A DNA stretch of 64,000 nucleotides from Acholeplasmatales bacterium (GTDB lineage: Bacteria; Bacillota_I; Bacilli_A; Izemoplasmatales; Hujiaoplasmataceae): positions 19,160 to 83,159 of the forward strand of contig DMTN01000039.1 in the NCBI GenBank assembly GCA_003477305.1. Direction: 5' to 3'. Shown in pieces: positions 54,186-62,466 of the stretch; the first letter of the stretch is position 1, and every line of letters starts with the position of its first letter. Both the position numbers and the translations under genes were made by a program. The notes below the pieces were generated by a model. It was not told the origin of the DNA. It searched no databases and saw nothing but the letters and a program-made list of their open reading frames with translations.

Positions 54186-55299
54186 ATTGTTTCGGGCGTT
54201 GGGCGATGACGAGCGGAACGAGCATCTCGTCTTTCAGGATGCCGGCGTGCTGTCCGCGGAAGTAGGTTGAGAAACGGCGGAACGCGAAGAAATAATGTTC
54301 GATCGCGACGGCGATGAAATCGCCGACGAAGGAATCGAATTCGGGATGCTTGACGCCTTCCCCGAACAATTTGTTTGCGACGAGATCCGCGGAGCGATAA
54401 AGCGCGAAATACTCATTGAAGTAATGATTGAACAACGTGCGGAACGCTTCGTCTTGACCCTCTTTCACAAAGAAGGCGGCGGCCCGGGTTTCGATCGAGG
54501 GGAGCCGATCGCACAGCGCGAGCAGATCGGGATAATCATCCAGGATGATCGGACAGACATCGACTTGGCCGTGATCGGCGATCAGGATCACGACCGCATC
54601 GTCGATCGAATCGACGAATGCGCCATAGGCGGAATCGATCCCGCGGACCATCGCATTCACTTCGACGGAGCCGGGACCGAATTCATGGGCGAGCGTATCG
54701 ACCTTGTCCCAGTAGGCGTAGATGAAGTGTTTCCCGGGCTCGTCGCACGCCGTCTTGACGGCGGAAAGCAATTTGGCGAAGGTGTCGTTTTCAGGGGTGC
54801 GGAACGCCGGGAAGATTTCCACGGTCGATACGTCCGAAGCGGCCTTTTTGATTTGGTCATAGATCGTCTCGTAAGGAATCGTCGTCGCGGCGACGCCATG
54901 CCCGATCGGCGCGTCCGTGTAAAAATCCACGTCCAGGAAGGTGATGACGGTGCGCGCTTCGGTGCGGAACCACTGCGCCCAGCCGAGCCAGCCGGTTTCA
55001 AGGGGCGTCTTGCCGGAGAGCACGGATGTCGTCGCGGAGACGGTCGTCGACGGAAAGACGGAAGTGATGCTGTCGCGACGATCGCGCACGATGCGCGCGT
55101 CGCTGCCCAGATGCCGGTCGACCAACGCTTCGCCAAGCGCATCGACGAGGATCAAAACGACGTTGCGCGGGCGTGCCGAAAGCGCCTCGTCGACTTGGAC
55201 GAGGGTCGCCTTGTCGGTCTTCGCGCCATAATGGCGGAGGATCGAGGCGGAAACATTCATGATCGAATGGGTGTAATCCGGAAAACGGATCGGTTTCAT
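54184..55299 (-). CDS. alkaline-phosphatase-superfamily protein (type I phosphodiesterase / nucleotide pyrophosphatase-like)
   Basis: 371 aa. VVLILVDALGEALVDRHL ... SVFPSTTVSATTSVLSGKTP (metal-binding and nucleophile Thr region typical of this superfamily). Confidence 0.7.
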   Translation of the reverse strand: MKPIRFPDYTHSIMNVSASILRHYGAKTDKATLVQVDEALSARPRNVVLILVDALGEALVDRHLGSDARIVRDRRDSITSVFPSTTVSATTSVLSGKTPLETGWLGWAQWFRTEARTVITFLDVDFYTDAPIGHGVAATTIPYETIYDQIKKAASDVSTVEIFPAFRTPENDTFAKLLSAVKTACDEPGKHFIYAYWDKVDTLAHEFGPGSVEVNAMVRGIDSAYGAFVDSIDDAVVILIADHGQVDVCPIILDDYPDLLALCDRLPSIETRAAAFFVKEGQDEAFRTLFNHYFNEYFALYRSADLVANKLFGEGVKHPEFDSFVGDFIAVAIEHYFFAFRRFSTYFRGQHAGILKDEMLVPLVIAQRPKQ

Positions 55300-55320
55300 T
55301 ACTTCACCTACTGCCTTATA

Positions 55321-56754
55321 TTATACTGCAAACTCTTCGGTCTCGACCGGTGTTCTGCGGATTTTTGGAACATATCGGACCTTGCGGTAGAGATAGATGC
55401 CCACAAAGACGGAAAGGAAGTTCGATACGAGCATCATCGACCAGACGCCGAGGGTCCCGAGCCCGGTCAGCGCACTCATCAGATACACGAGCGGCAGCCG
55501 GATGGCCCAGAGCCGGATCATCGACAGCCAGAACCCGTAGCGCGTTTCGCCGCTTCCCTGGAAGGTCGCGAGGAAGGTCTGGTAAACTCCCATGAAGGGA
55601 AGCCCAAGATGCAAAAACAGCATATACCGGTCAGCCTCGGCGAGCGTCAGCGGGTCGGAATTCATGATCATCACGAGCGGGATCCGGAAGGGGATGATGA
55701 GGGCCGCGCCGATCGTCATCATCGCCACGGCGATGGTCATTCCGGTCCGGAAGGAAGCCCGGGCGCGGGCGACGTCGCCGGCGCCGACGTTCTGCGCGAT
55801 GTAAATCGCGAGAATCGCCGAAACCGAAGATACCGGGAACATCACGATCGAATTGATGCGGTTTCCGATCGCATAGGCGGTCGAGGCGTACGTGCCGTAG
55901 GAAAGGATGACGCCGTTCAGGATGACGAAGCCGAGCGCCTGGATCGCCTGGCCGACGGAAGCCGGGATGGCGATCTCAAGCAGATGCTTCATGATCTTGA
56001 AATCGGCGAAGCGCTCTTTGAAATCAACCCTCAGACCTGATGATGAAAACGTCAGAATCAAGAGAAAAGCGGGAAGCCCGACCCAGTTGGCGATCAACGT
56101 CGAAAGTCCGGCGCCGACGACGCCCATGTCGAGGACGGACACCATCCACCAGGTCAACACGATGTTCAGCACGATCTGAAACGAAGAGACCAGAACCGGC
56201 GTGGTGGTATCGCCGGTCGATTGCCGGATCGCCTGGAAGGCATACGAGAAAAACAGGATCGGCAGTTCGAAGCTGCGGATGCGCAGATAGGTCACGGCAT
56301 ACTCGTAATCGGCTCCGACGGCGCCGATCGCGCGCATCACCCACGGCGCGATCACATAGAGGGTCAGGTTGAAGACCAGGCCGAGGCCGAGCGCCATCAG
56401 GATCAGGTTGCCCGCGTATTTCTTCGCGTTGCCGGGATCGTGATGCCCGATGTACTGTCCGATCAGCGCGGCGCCGGCGACGGAAAGTCCCATTCCGAAA
56501 GAGATGAAGATGAAGAACAGGGACCAGGTGATCCCGACGCCGTTTTGCATGTGGGTCGCGTTGGCGATCCCGTCGCTCAGATCGATGCCGGGCACGCGCC
56601 CGAGAAAGAACGTGTCGACGAGATCGTGGACCGTCTTCAGGATATTGACGAAAAAAACCGGGATGGCGAGTTGCAGCATGCCCTTCCAGATCGGCGTGCC
56701 CTTCAGAATCATTTCCGTTTTGCGATCCATCTGTTCTTTGCGTAACTGTCTCAT
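55321..56754 (-). CDS. MATE-family efflux transporter
   Basis: 477 aa, ~12 TM helices, with the two-fold internal repeat typical of MATE (NorM/DinF-like). Confidence 0.85.
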   Translation of the reverse strand: MRQLRKEQMDRKTEMILKGTPIWKGMLQLAIPVFFVNILKTVHDLVDTFFLGRVPGIDLSDGIANATHMQNGVGITWSLFFIFISFGMGLSVAGAALIGQYIGHHDPGNAKKYAGNLILMALGLGLVFNLTLYVIAPWVMRAIGAVGADYEYAVTYLRIRSFELPILFFSYAFQAIRQSTGDTTTPVLVSSFQIVLNIVLTWWMVSVLDMGVVGAGLSTLIANWVGLPAFLLILTFSSSGLRVDFKERFADFKIMKHLLEIAIPASVGQAIQALGFVILNGVILSYGTYASTAYAIGNRINSIVMFPVSSVSAILAIYIAQNVGAGDVARARASFRTGMTIAVAMMTIGAALIIPFRIPLVMIMNSDPLTLAEADRYMLFLHLGLPFMGVYQTFLATFQGSGETRYGFWLSMIRLWAIRLPLVYLMSALTGLGTLGVWSMMLVSNFLSVFVGIYLYRKVRYVPKIRRTPVETEEFAV

Positions 56755-56771
56755 CGATGAACTGTCCTTGT

Positions 56772-56801
56772 CCTAGAAAAGAAAAACGCACTCTGTGCGT
56801 T
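56772..56801 (-). terminator. intrinsic terminator located in the 5' leader of the MATE gene (candidate attenuator)
   Basis: Perfect 7-bp stem AACGCAC-aga-GTGCGTT (56801-56785), followed by TTTTTCTTTTC. It ends 18 nt before the MATE ATG. Confidence 0.6.
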
Positions 56802-56969
56802 ATGCGACGTCGTCTTGGCGGTTTTGCGCCGCATTGACGCTCGAAACGAAGCTGGTCGAAGAGAAGACGGCGCTTCTTTGAAAACGGCGCTATCGGCCGT
56901 TTCCATCGATTCCGTCACATTGATGCGGATGCTTGAGGATTCGTTGCGGCGGCGAAAGCGATCATCCAT

Positions 56970-56999
56970 ATTATATAACATTCTTTATAAGAATGCCAA
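56970..56999 (-). promoter_or_regulatory. candidate promoter of the MATE leader
   Basis: Minus strand reads TTGGCA (56999-56994), an 18-nt spacer, then TATAAT (56975-56970). This gives a leader of about 200 nt. Confidence 0.45.
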
Positions 57000-57207
57000 A
57001 AAAATCGAAATCGGAAATGTGCCTTCGTCGCGATCGTCCGCATCCATTTCGATTCGCGATGAATCGCAGGAAATTCCATCCGTCCGGTACGCCGCCCGAA
57101 ACGATGATTTTTTCGATTCCTTTTGATGAAAGAATGCGCTTTTATGGCAACAAAACACCGAAAATATGATATCCTATTCACACAAATCGTCAAACGAGGC
57201 GCCGCAT

Positions 57208-58149
57208 ATGATCAATCGAATGAACCGACATACCATCTTCCTGATCTCCATCATCACCGGGACCATCCTGGCGTTCGACCTGTTCACCATCATCACGAAT
57301 CTTTATGTCGCCCCTGTGCTCGAGGGCTTCGGACTCCCCGACATCCTGATCTACATGAAGACGAGCATCTTTCTTGTCCTGTGGATTTTTTTCACCGTGT
57401 GGCTCGTGGACGGCAAAGCCCGGCTCAACAAGACCAACATCAAATCGTTGATGATCGTCGGCATCGTGACGATCGTGGCATACTTCCTGAGCCTCTACAT
57501 CTACAAGTACTACCTGCTCGTCGATACCAACTACATCATCCGCTATCGGATCCTCGAAGGGAATCCGGCGCTCGCCCTCGAGTACTCCCGGATCAACTAC
57601 CAGACGCTCAAATACATCATCACGGTGTACAGCGGCTTCAACTCCGAACTGGTGCTGTTCGCGGAGGCGATGTTCTTCCAGATGGGCGTCTACGCGATCC
57701 AGAAGATGGAAACCGACGAAGAACCCACCGTCGCCTACGACCATTTCATGTTCGATGTCAAACTGTTCCCGATGGCGGTCTTGTATGTGCTCGCGGCGTT
57801 CCTCTCGATCAACATCCTCACGATGCGCTACGATCTCCTCGGCTCGATCGAGATGGCCATCGCGATCACCGGTTTCATGGCGGCCGCACCGGGAATCGGC
57901 TATGCATACAAGCTCTACAGGAGCCGCAACTACGAATGCACGCGGGCGTTCTTCATGGGGACCTACAAGTATCTTCTGATCATGGCCGTCATCGGTATCG
58001 TCCTGTTCGGCGCGTTGTTCGGACTCAACCTGTACTTCATCCAGCTCGGCCGGGCGACCTATCGCATCGCCAGCTCGTTCGTCTCCCTGGTCCTCGCAAT
58101 CTTGATTTTCTTCCGCATCCGCAAGATCCTCGCGGTCGAAAACAAATAA
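57208..58149 (+). CDS. hypothetical polytopic membrane protein
   Basis: Start set at the ATG at 57208 (MINRMNRHTIFLISIITGTILAF), which has GAGG 8 nt upstream. About 8 hydrophobic helices. I recognise no motif. Confidence 0.6.
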   Translation: MINRMNRHTIFLISIITGTILAFDLFTIITNLYVAPVLEGFGLPDILIYMKTSIFLVLWIFFTVWLVDGKARLNKTNIKSLMIVGIVTIVAYFLSLYIYKYYLLVDTNYIIRYRILEGNPALALEYSRINYQTLKYIITVYSGFNSELVLFAEAMFFQMGVYAIQKMETDEEPTVAYDHFMFDVKLFPMAVLYVLAAFLSINILTMRYDLLGSIEMAIAITGFMAAAPGIGYAYKLYRSRNYECTRAFFMGTYKYLLIMAVIGIVLFGALFGLNLYFIQLGRATYRIASSFVSLVLAILIFFRIRKILAVENK

Positions 58150-58184
58150 CCCCGCCGCGCATTTGACGGCATCGAAAATCAATC

Positions 58185-58236
58185 AAACGGCTGTTCGCCG
58201 ACATCCTCAGGATGCGGGTGAACAACCGTTTTTTTC
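58185..58236 (+). terminator. rho-independent terminator after 57208-58149
   Basis: Long interrupted hairpin AAACGGCTGTTCGCC...GGTGAACAACCGTTT with inner helix CATCC/GGATG, followed by T7. Confidence 0.65.
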
Positions 58237-58255
58237 GCATGGAATATCCCCTGAC

Positions 58256-58311
58256 CGAAAGAAAGGGACGGCGTCGATGCGGAGCTGATGCGTTCCGTTC
58301 GACGTCGTCCC
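58256..58311 (-). terminator. terminator at the end of the opp-associated minus-strand operon
   Basis: 13-bp stem GGGACGGCGTCGA / TCGACGTCGTCCC with 1 mismatch, followed on the minus strand by TTTCTTTC. Confidence 0.55.
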
Positions 58312-58315
58312 ATAT

Positions 58316-59071
58316 TCAGATGAGCTTTTTGATTTCGTTGATGTGGTATTCATAATACAGGCTGGGACGGTAGGTGTCCGAATAAAGCATCACGGCGGCG
58401 CTTTCGGCGCGGTACAGCCCGACATTGACCGTCGAAATCACGGTCCGGTTCGGTCGGAACAAATCCCAGTTCGAGCGGAGGAAGAGGATTTCCTTGATTT
58501 GATCCTTGGTGTGATCGTCGAGGATCCCGATCTCCTTCATCTGCGTGATCAGCATGCGGTAGATCCGCATGTGTTCTTTCAGATACTTCTGCTGGATCTT
58601 GGCGATTTCCTGATCGACCTGTTCGAGATAGAAGACGTTCTGTCGCTGGTTGACCAGCACCACGACCTCGAGCAAGTAGCGCTTGAAGGTGCGGTTATCG
58701 ATCGGATCCCGGTTCAAGCGGTGATAGAGCGCGTGTTCGAGATCCTGCGCAAAGAGTTCATACCCCAGGCTTTTCAGGTATTCGGGCATGTCGTCGGGGT
58801 TCTTGGTGTGTTTCATCGGGATCGGACCGCCCTGGTTCGCCCGGATCTTGACGAGATAACTCAGCTGGGTGATCCGGTCCATCTTCGCCTTGAAGAACGT
58901 GATGACGAAGAGCAGGAGGATCAAGGAGAACAAATAGATCAAAAACTGAATATTGAAGTCCTCGATCCAGATGTTCGCGGCGATCATCCCGAAGGCGATC
59001 GCGATCACCAAACCGAGCACGCCGAGGAGGTTGAACAGAAACTTGCGGTTGATCCGCTTGATATCGTTCAT
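58316..59071 (-). CDS. hypothetical membrane-anchored protein
   Basis: Start set at the ATG at 59071 (MNDIKRINRKFLFNLLGVLGLVIAIAF), which overlaps the upstream stop by 4 nt. Two TM helices, then a ~170-aa soluble domain. Confidence 0.55.
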   Translation of the reverse strand: MNDIKRINRKFLFNLLGVLGLVIAIAFGMIAANIWIEDFNIQFLIYLFSLILLLFVITFFKAKMDRITQLSYLVKIRANQGGPIPMKHTKNPDDMPEYLKSLGYELFAQDLEHALYHRLNRDPIDNRTFKRYLLEVVVLVNQRQNVFYLEQVDQEIAKIQQKYLKEHMRIYRMLITQMKEIGILDDHTKDQIKEILFLRSNWDLFRPNRTVISTVNVGLYRAESAAVMLYSDTYRPSLYYEYHINEIKKLI

Positions 59072-59433
59072 GCCATGACCTGGAAAGCGAGGATCCCGGC
59101 GGTAACGATGAGGATGGCCGACGTGATCAGAACCTCGATGAAGATCGCCGAGCTGATCTTGTCCTTGCGTTCGTCCTTGTATTCCTTGTAATGGGGATAT
59201 TCGTTGCGGAACGAGGGCGAAATCAATACGCGCATCACATAGCGGATGCCGTGAAAGACTTTGAAGGCGCTTGTCAACGCGATGACGCACGGCAGGAAGA
59301 AAACGACGCCGACGACGAACAGGACGTTACTCACGTTGGTCAAGGTGATGTTGGTGCGATAAACCGCAAGGTGAAGCAGCCCCGCGGCGATGACCATGCT
59401 TGCCAGGATCAAGACCATTCTGAACGGTTTCAT
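59068..59433 (-). CDS. small membrane protein (DUF3899-like)
   Basis: 121 aa with 3-4 hydrophobic helices. 4-nt overlap with oppF upstream. Confidence 0.5.
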   Translation of the reverse strand: MKPFRMVLILASMVIAAGLLHLAVYRTNITLTNVSNVLFVVGVVFFLPCVIALTSAFKVFHGIRYVMRVLISPSFRNEYPHYKEYKDERKDKISSAIFIEVLITSAILIVTAGILAFQVMA

Positions 59434-60908
59434 TTGCCGCTCAACTTCTCCTGATAACGCGCGAATTCCGCGGAATTGCAGAGCACGAAGTGATTCGGCT
59501 CGACTTCCCGCAAAATCGGCTGCTCGACGGAATAATCATGTTCCGCAGCGGGATTGTAGCGGGGAGTGCGGACGCGGGATTTTTCGGTCTCGGGATCCGG
59601 AATCGGAATCGAGGCCATCAGCGACAGGGTATACGGATGAAGCGGATGATTGAAGAGGAGGTCCTTGTCGCCGTGTTCGACGATATGGCCGTAATACATG
59701 ACCGCGACGCGGTCGCTGAAATACTTCACGACGGAGAGGTCATGGGCGATGAACATGATCGTGATGCCCTTGGTTTCGCGCATCTCGTTGAGCAGGTTGA
59801 TGACCTGGGCGCGGATCGAGACGTCGAGCGCCGAGATCGGTTCGTCGGCGATGATGAACGAGGGTTCGACGACGAGCGCGCGGGCGATGCCGATGCGCTG
59901 GCGCTGTCCGCCGGAGAATTCGTGGGGATAGCGGCTCGCGTGTTCCGGGACGAGGCCGACGGTCTTGAGCGCTTCGTTGACCCGATCCTCGATTTCCTTT
60001 TCGTTTTTCACGCCGTTGATCCGGAGACCTTCGGCGATGATTTCCTTGACCGTCATGCGGGGGTTGAGCGAGGCGATCGGGTCTTGGAAGATCATCTGCA
60101 TGCGGCGCATGAGCAGGCGGTTCTTGTGGGTGAGGCAGTATCCGAGCTTGCCGATGTCCTGCTTCCTGCGGATTTCGTTCAGCTTGAGTTCCTTTTGCTG
60201 CTTGACGAGATTCTCGGTGACTTCGCGGAGGACCTGCCTGGCGGTCTGAATCTGCGCCTTGTCCTTGTTTTCGACGGCTTGCCCGTATGCCGCTTTCGCA
60301 CGATCCCGTTCGTCCATCAGACCGTTGATGAGCTTGATGGTCTCCTGGTTCGCGAAGTCGTATTTCTTGTCGACATCCTGGCATTCGGGGAAAGAGCAGA
60401 GTTCCTTGCGGGCGCGCAGACCTTCTTCGTCGATGATGCTTTCGAAGCGTCGGTCGCGTTTCGCCTGGTGCAGGATGCCCCGCGCTTCGGTGACCTTGCC
60501 GGTGAATTCGATATTCAGTTCCGTGACTTTTTCGTTGAAGGACGACTGCCCGAGGTGGCCGGTGGCCAACTGGTCTTTGAGTTCTTGGGTCCGGGCGATC
60601 TTCTCCGCCAGATAGTCCTTGTAATTCGCCTGAAACGTTTTTTTGGCGGCGATGACGTCGCTGACGATGCGGGTGCCATGGAAAAAGACTTCTCCGCCCG
60701 AAGACGAATAGAGTTTGATGATCGCGCGACCGGTGGTCGTCTTGCCGCAGCCGGATTCGCCGACGAGCGAGAACACTTCGCCCTTGTAGATTTCAAACGA
60801 GATGCCGTCGACGGCCTTGTTGACGATCTTGTTGCGACCGGAACCGGACTTGAAATACTGCTTCAGCCCGACGACTCTTAGGATTTCTTCACGTTGTGGG
60901 CTGTTCAT
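59430..60908 (-). CDS. oppF: oligopeptide ABC transporter ATP-binding protein OppF with a ~180-aa insertion
   Basis: LKQYF...NKAVDGISFEIYKGEVFSLVGESGCGKTT, MQMIFQDP, FSGGQRQRIGIARAL, C-terminal oligo_HPY region. 492 aa, against about 320 as I recall for typical OppF. Confidence 0.85.
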   Translation of the reverse strand: MNSPQREEILRVVGLKQYFKSGSGRNKIVNKAVDGISFEIYKGEVFSLVGESGCGKTTTGRAIIKLYSSSGGEVFFHGTRIVSDVIAAKKTFQANYKDYLAEKIARTQELKDQLATGHLGQSSFNEKVTELNIEFTGKVTEARGILHQAKRDRRFESIIDEEGLRARKELCSFPECQDVDKKYDFANQETIKLINGLMDERDRAKAAYGQAVENKDKAQIQTARQVLREVTENLVKQQKELKLNEIRRKQDIGKLGYCLTHKNRLLMRRMQMIFQDPIASLNPRMTVKEIIAEGLRINGVKNEKEIEDRVNEALKTVGLVPEHASRYPHEFSGGQRQRIGIARALVVEPSFIIADEPISALDVSIRAQVINLLNEMRETKGITIMFIAHDLSVVKYFSDRVAVMYYGHIVEHGDKDLLFNHPLHPYTLSLMASIPIPDPETEKSRVRTPRYNPAAEHDYSVEQPILREVEPNHFVLCNSAEFARYQEKLSGK

Positions 60909-62464
60909 TGGGGTTCACCTGTCGTTTCCGGCATGACTTTCTTGGCATCGGCATCTGCCGCGGCGCGTTTCTGCGACGCTTGGAACCGCGTGATGCGTTC
61001 CAGAAGAACCGGCGGCATGGCGACCTTCGGTGCGTCCGGATGGAGCAGCCAGGTCGCCGCATAATGGGTGTCGCTGACTTTGAAGAACGGCGGATGCTCC
61101 TCGAAATCGATCTTCAAGGCGTGCTGGTTGCGGTCCGCGAAGGCGTCGCCTTTCGGCGGGAACAGCATGTCCGGCGGCGTGCCCGGGATCGAGGTGAGCT
61201 TATCCTTCGTGTCGAGGTCCGGCGCAGAGGAAAGCAGCGCCCAGGTATAGGGGTGCTTGGGATCGTAGAAGATGTCGTAGAGCGTGCCGTATTCGACGAT
61301 CTTGCCCGCGTACATGACGGCGACGCGGTCGGCCATGTTGGCGACGACGCCGAGGTCGTGGGTGATGAAGATGACGGACAGGTCGCGCTGCGTCTTGATG
61401 TCCTTGATCAGATTGAGGATCTGTTTCTGGATCGTCACGTCGAGCGCGGTGGTCGGTTCGTCGCAAATCAGAAGCTCGGGATTCGCGGTGAGCGCGATCG
61501 CGATGACGATGCGCTGACGCATGCCTCCGGAAAACTGGAACGGATACTGGTTGAAACGTTTTTCCGGTTCGACGATGCCGACTTCGTTCATGATCCGGAT
61601 CGCGGTTTCATACGCTTCCTTTTTGGTCACTTTGAAGCGGCGGCGATAGATTTCCGAGTTGCTCAGGATCTGTTCCCTGAGTTCTCTCAGTTCGGCCGCG
61701 GCTTTTTTGTATTTGGCGGAATCCTTATCGTATTTCTTGAGCGTCGCTTTCTTCGCTTCCCATTCGGACTTCAATTTCGCGAAAACAGTCGCTTTCTCGG
61801 CTTTGACGGCGGTGACTTCCTTATTGATTTGGAGCTTCGCCTGCGCCTTCACTTCGAGATATTTCGCCTTCAGGGCGGGCAGATGGGTTTTGTACTCCTT
61901 CACGTCGAGATGGTGCTTCACGCGGGCGGCGTGGATCGCTTCCTTGACGTCGCGGCCGCGAAGATCCTGATCGTGGTTGATTTCAAAGATCCGGTTCTTC
62001 AGTTCCTTGTCCGAAAGTTTGATGCGGGCGATCATGTTCAGATAGTCGTGGTATTCCTTGTGAAACAGGTCCATATAGCGGGACTTCATGCGGTCGCCGT
62101 TCACGAGCATCGCTTCGGTGATCTGCTTGCCGATCTTCATGATCGGGTTCAAGCTCGAGAGCGGATCCTGGAAGATCATGCCGATCTTGCTGCCGCGGAT
62201 CAGATGGAAATTTTCTTCGGACAGTTTGGTCAGATCCTGGTTGCTGTAGAGAATTTCGCCGCCGTCGATGATCGCGTTGCGGGCGAGAATGCCCATGATG
62301 GCGCGGTTGGTGACCGATTTGCCGGATCCGGATTCGCCGACGATCGCGAGCGTTTCGCCTTTGTAGAGATCAAAGGAGACTTCGCGGACGGCGCGGACGA
62401 GTCCGTTCGGGGTGCGGAAGGAAATGGTCAGGTCTTTGACTTCGAGCACTTTTTCTTTATTCAT
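60905..62464 (-). CDS. oppD: oligopeptide ABC transporter ATP-binding protein OppD with a ~155-aa insertion
   Basis: LEVKDLTISFRTPNGLVRAVREVSFDLYKGETLAIVGESGSGKS, GMIFQDP, FSGGMRQRIVIAIAL. 519 aa, against about 340 as I recall for typical OppD. Confidence 0.85.
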   Translation of the reverse strand: MNKEKVLEVKDLTISFRTPNGLVRAVREVSFDLYKGETLAIVGESGSGKSVTNRAIMGILARNAIIDGGEILYSNQDLTKLSEENFHLIRGSKIGMIFQDPLSSLNPIMKIGKQITEAMLVNGDRMKSRYMDLFHKEYHDYLNMIARIKLSDKELKNRIFEINHDQDLRGRDVKEAIHAARVKHHLDVKEYKTHLPALKAKYLEVKAQAKLQINKEVTAVKAEKATVFAKLKSEWEAKKATLKKYDKDSAKYKKAAAELRELREQILSNSEIYRRRFKVTKKEAYETAIRIMNEVGIVEPEKRFNQYPFQFSGGMRQRIVIAIALTANPELLICDEPTTALDVTIQKQILNLIKDIKTQRDLSVIFITHDLGVVANMADRVAVMYAGKIVEYGTLYDIFYDPKHPYTWALLSSAPDLDTKDKLTSIPGTPPDMLFPPKGDAFADRNQHALKIDFEEHPPFFKVSDTHYAATWLLHPDAPKVAMPPVLLERITRFQASQKRAAADADAKKVMPETTGEPQ

Positions 62465-62466
62465 CG

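Noticed and set aside
56751-56981. A 76-aa ORF overlapping the whole MATE leader and ending in ATGA overlap with the MATE start.
   Set aside because: It has no RBS, its ATG abuts the -10 hexamer, it reads through the terminator hairpin, and the product is low-complexity and R/S-rich. I treat the region as a regulatory leader instead.
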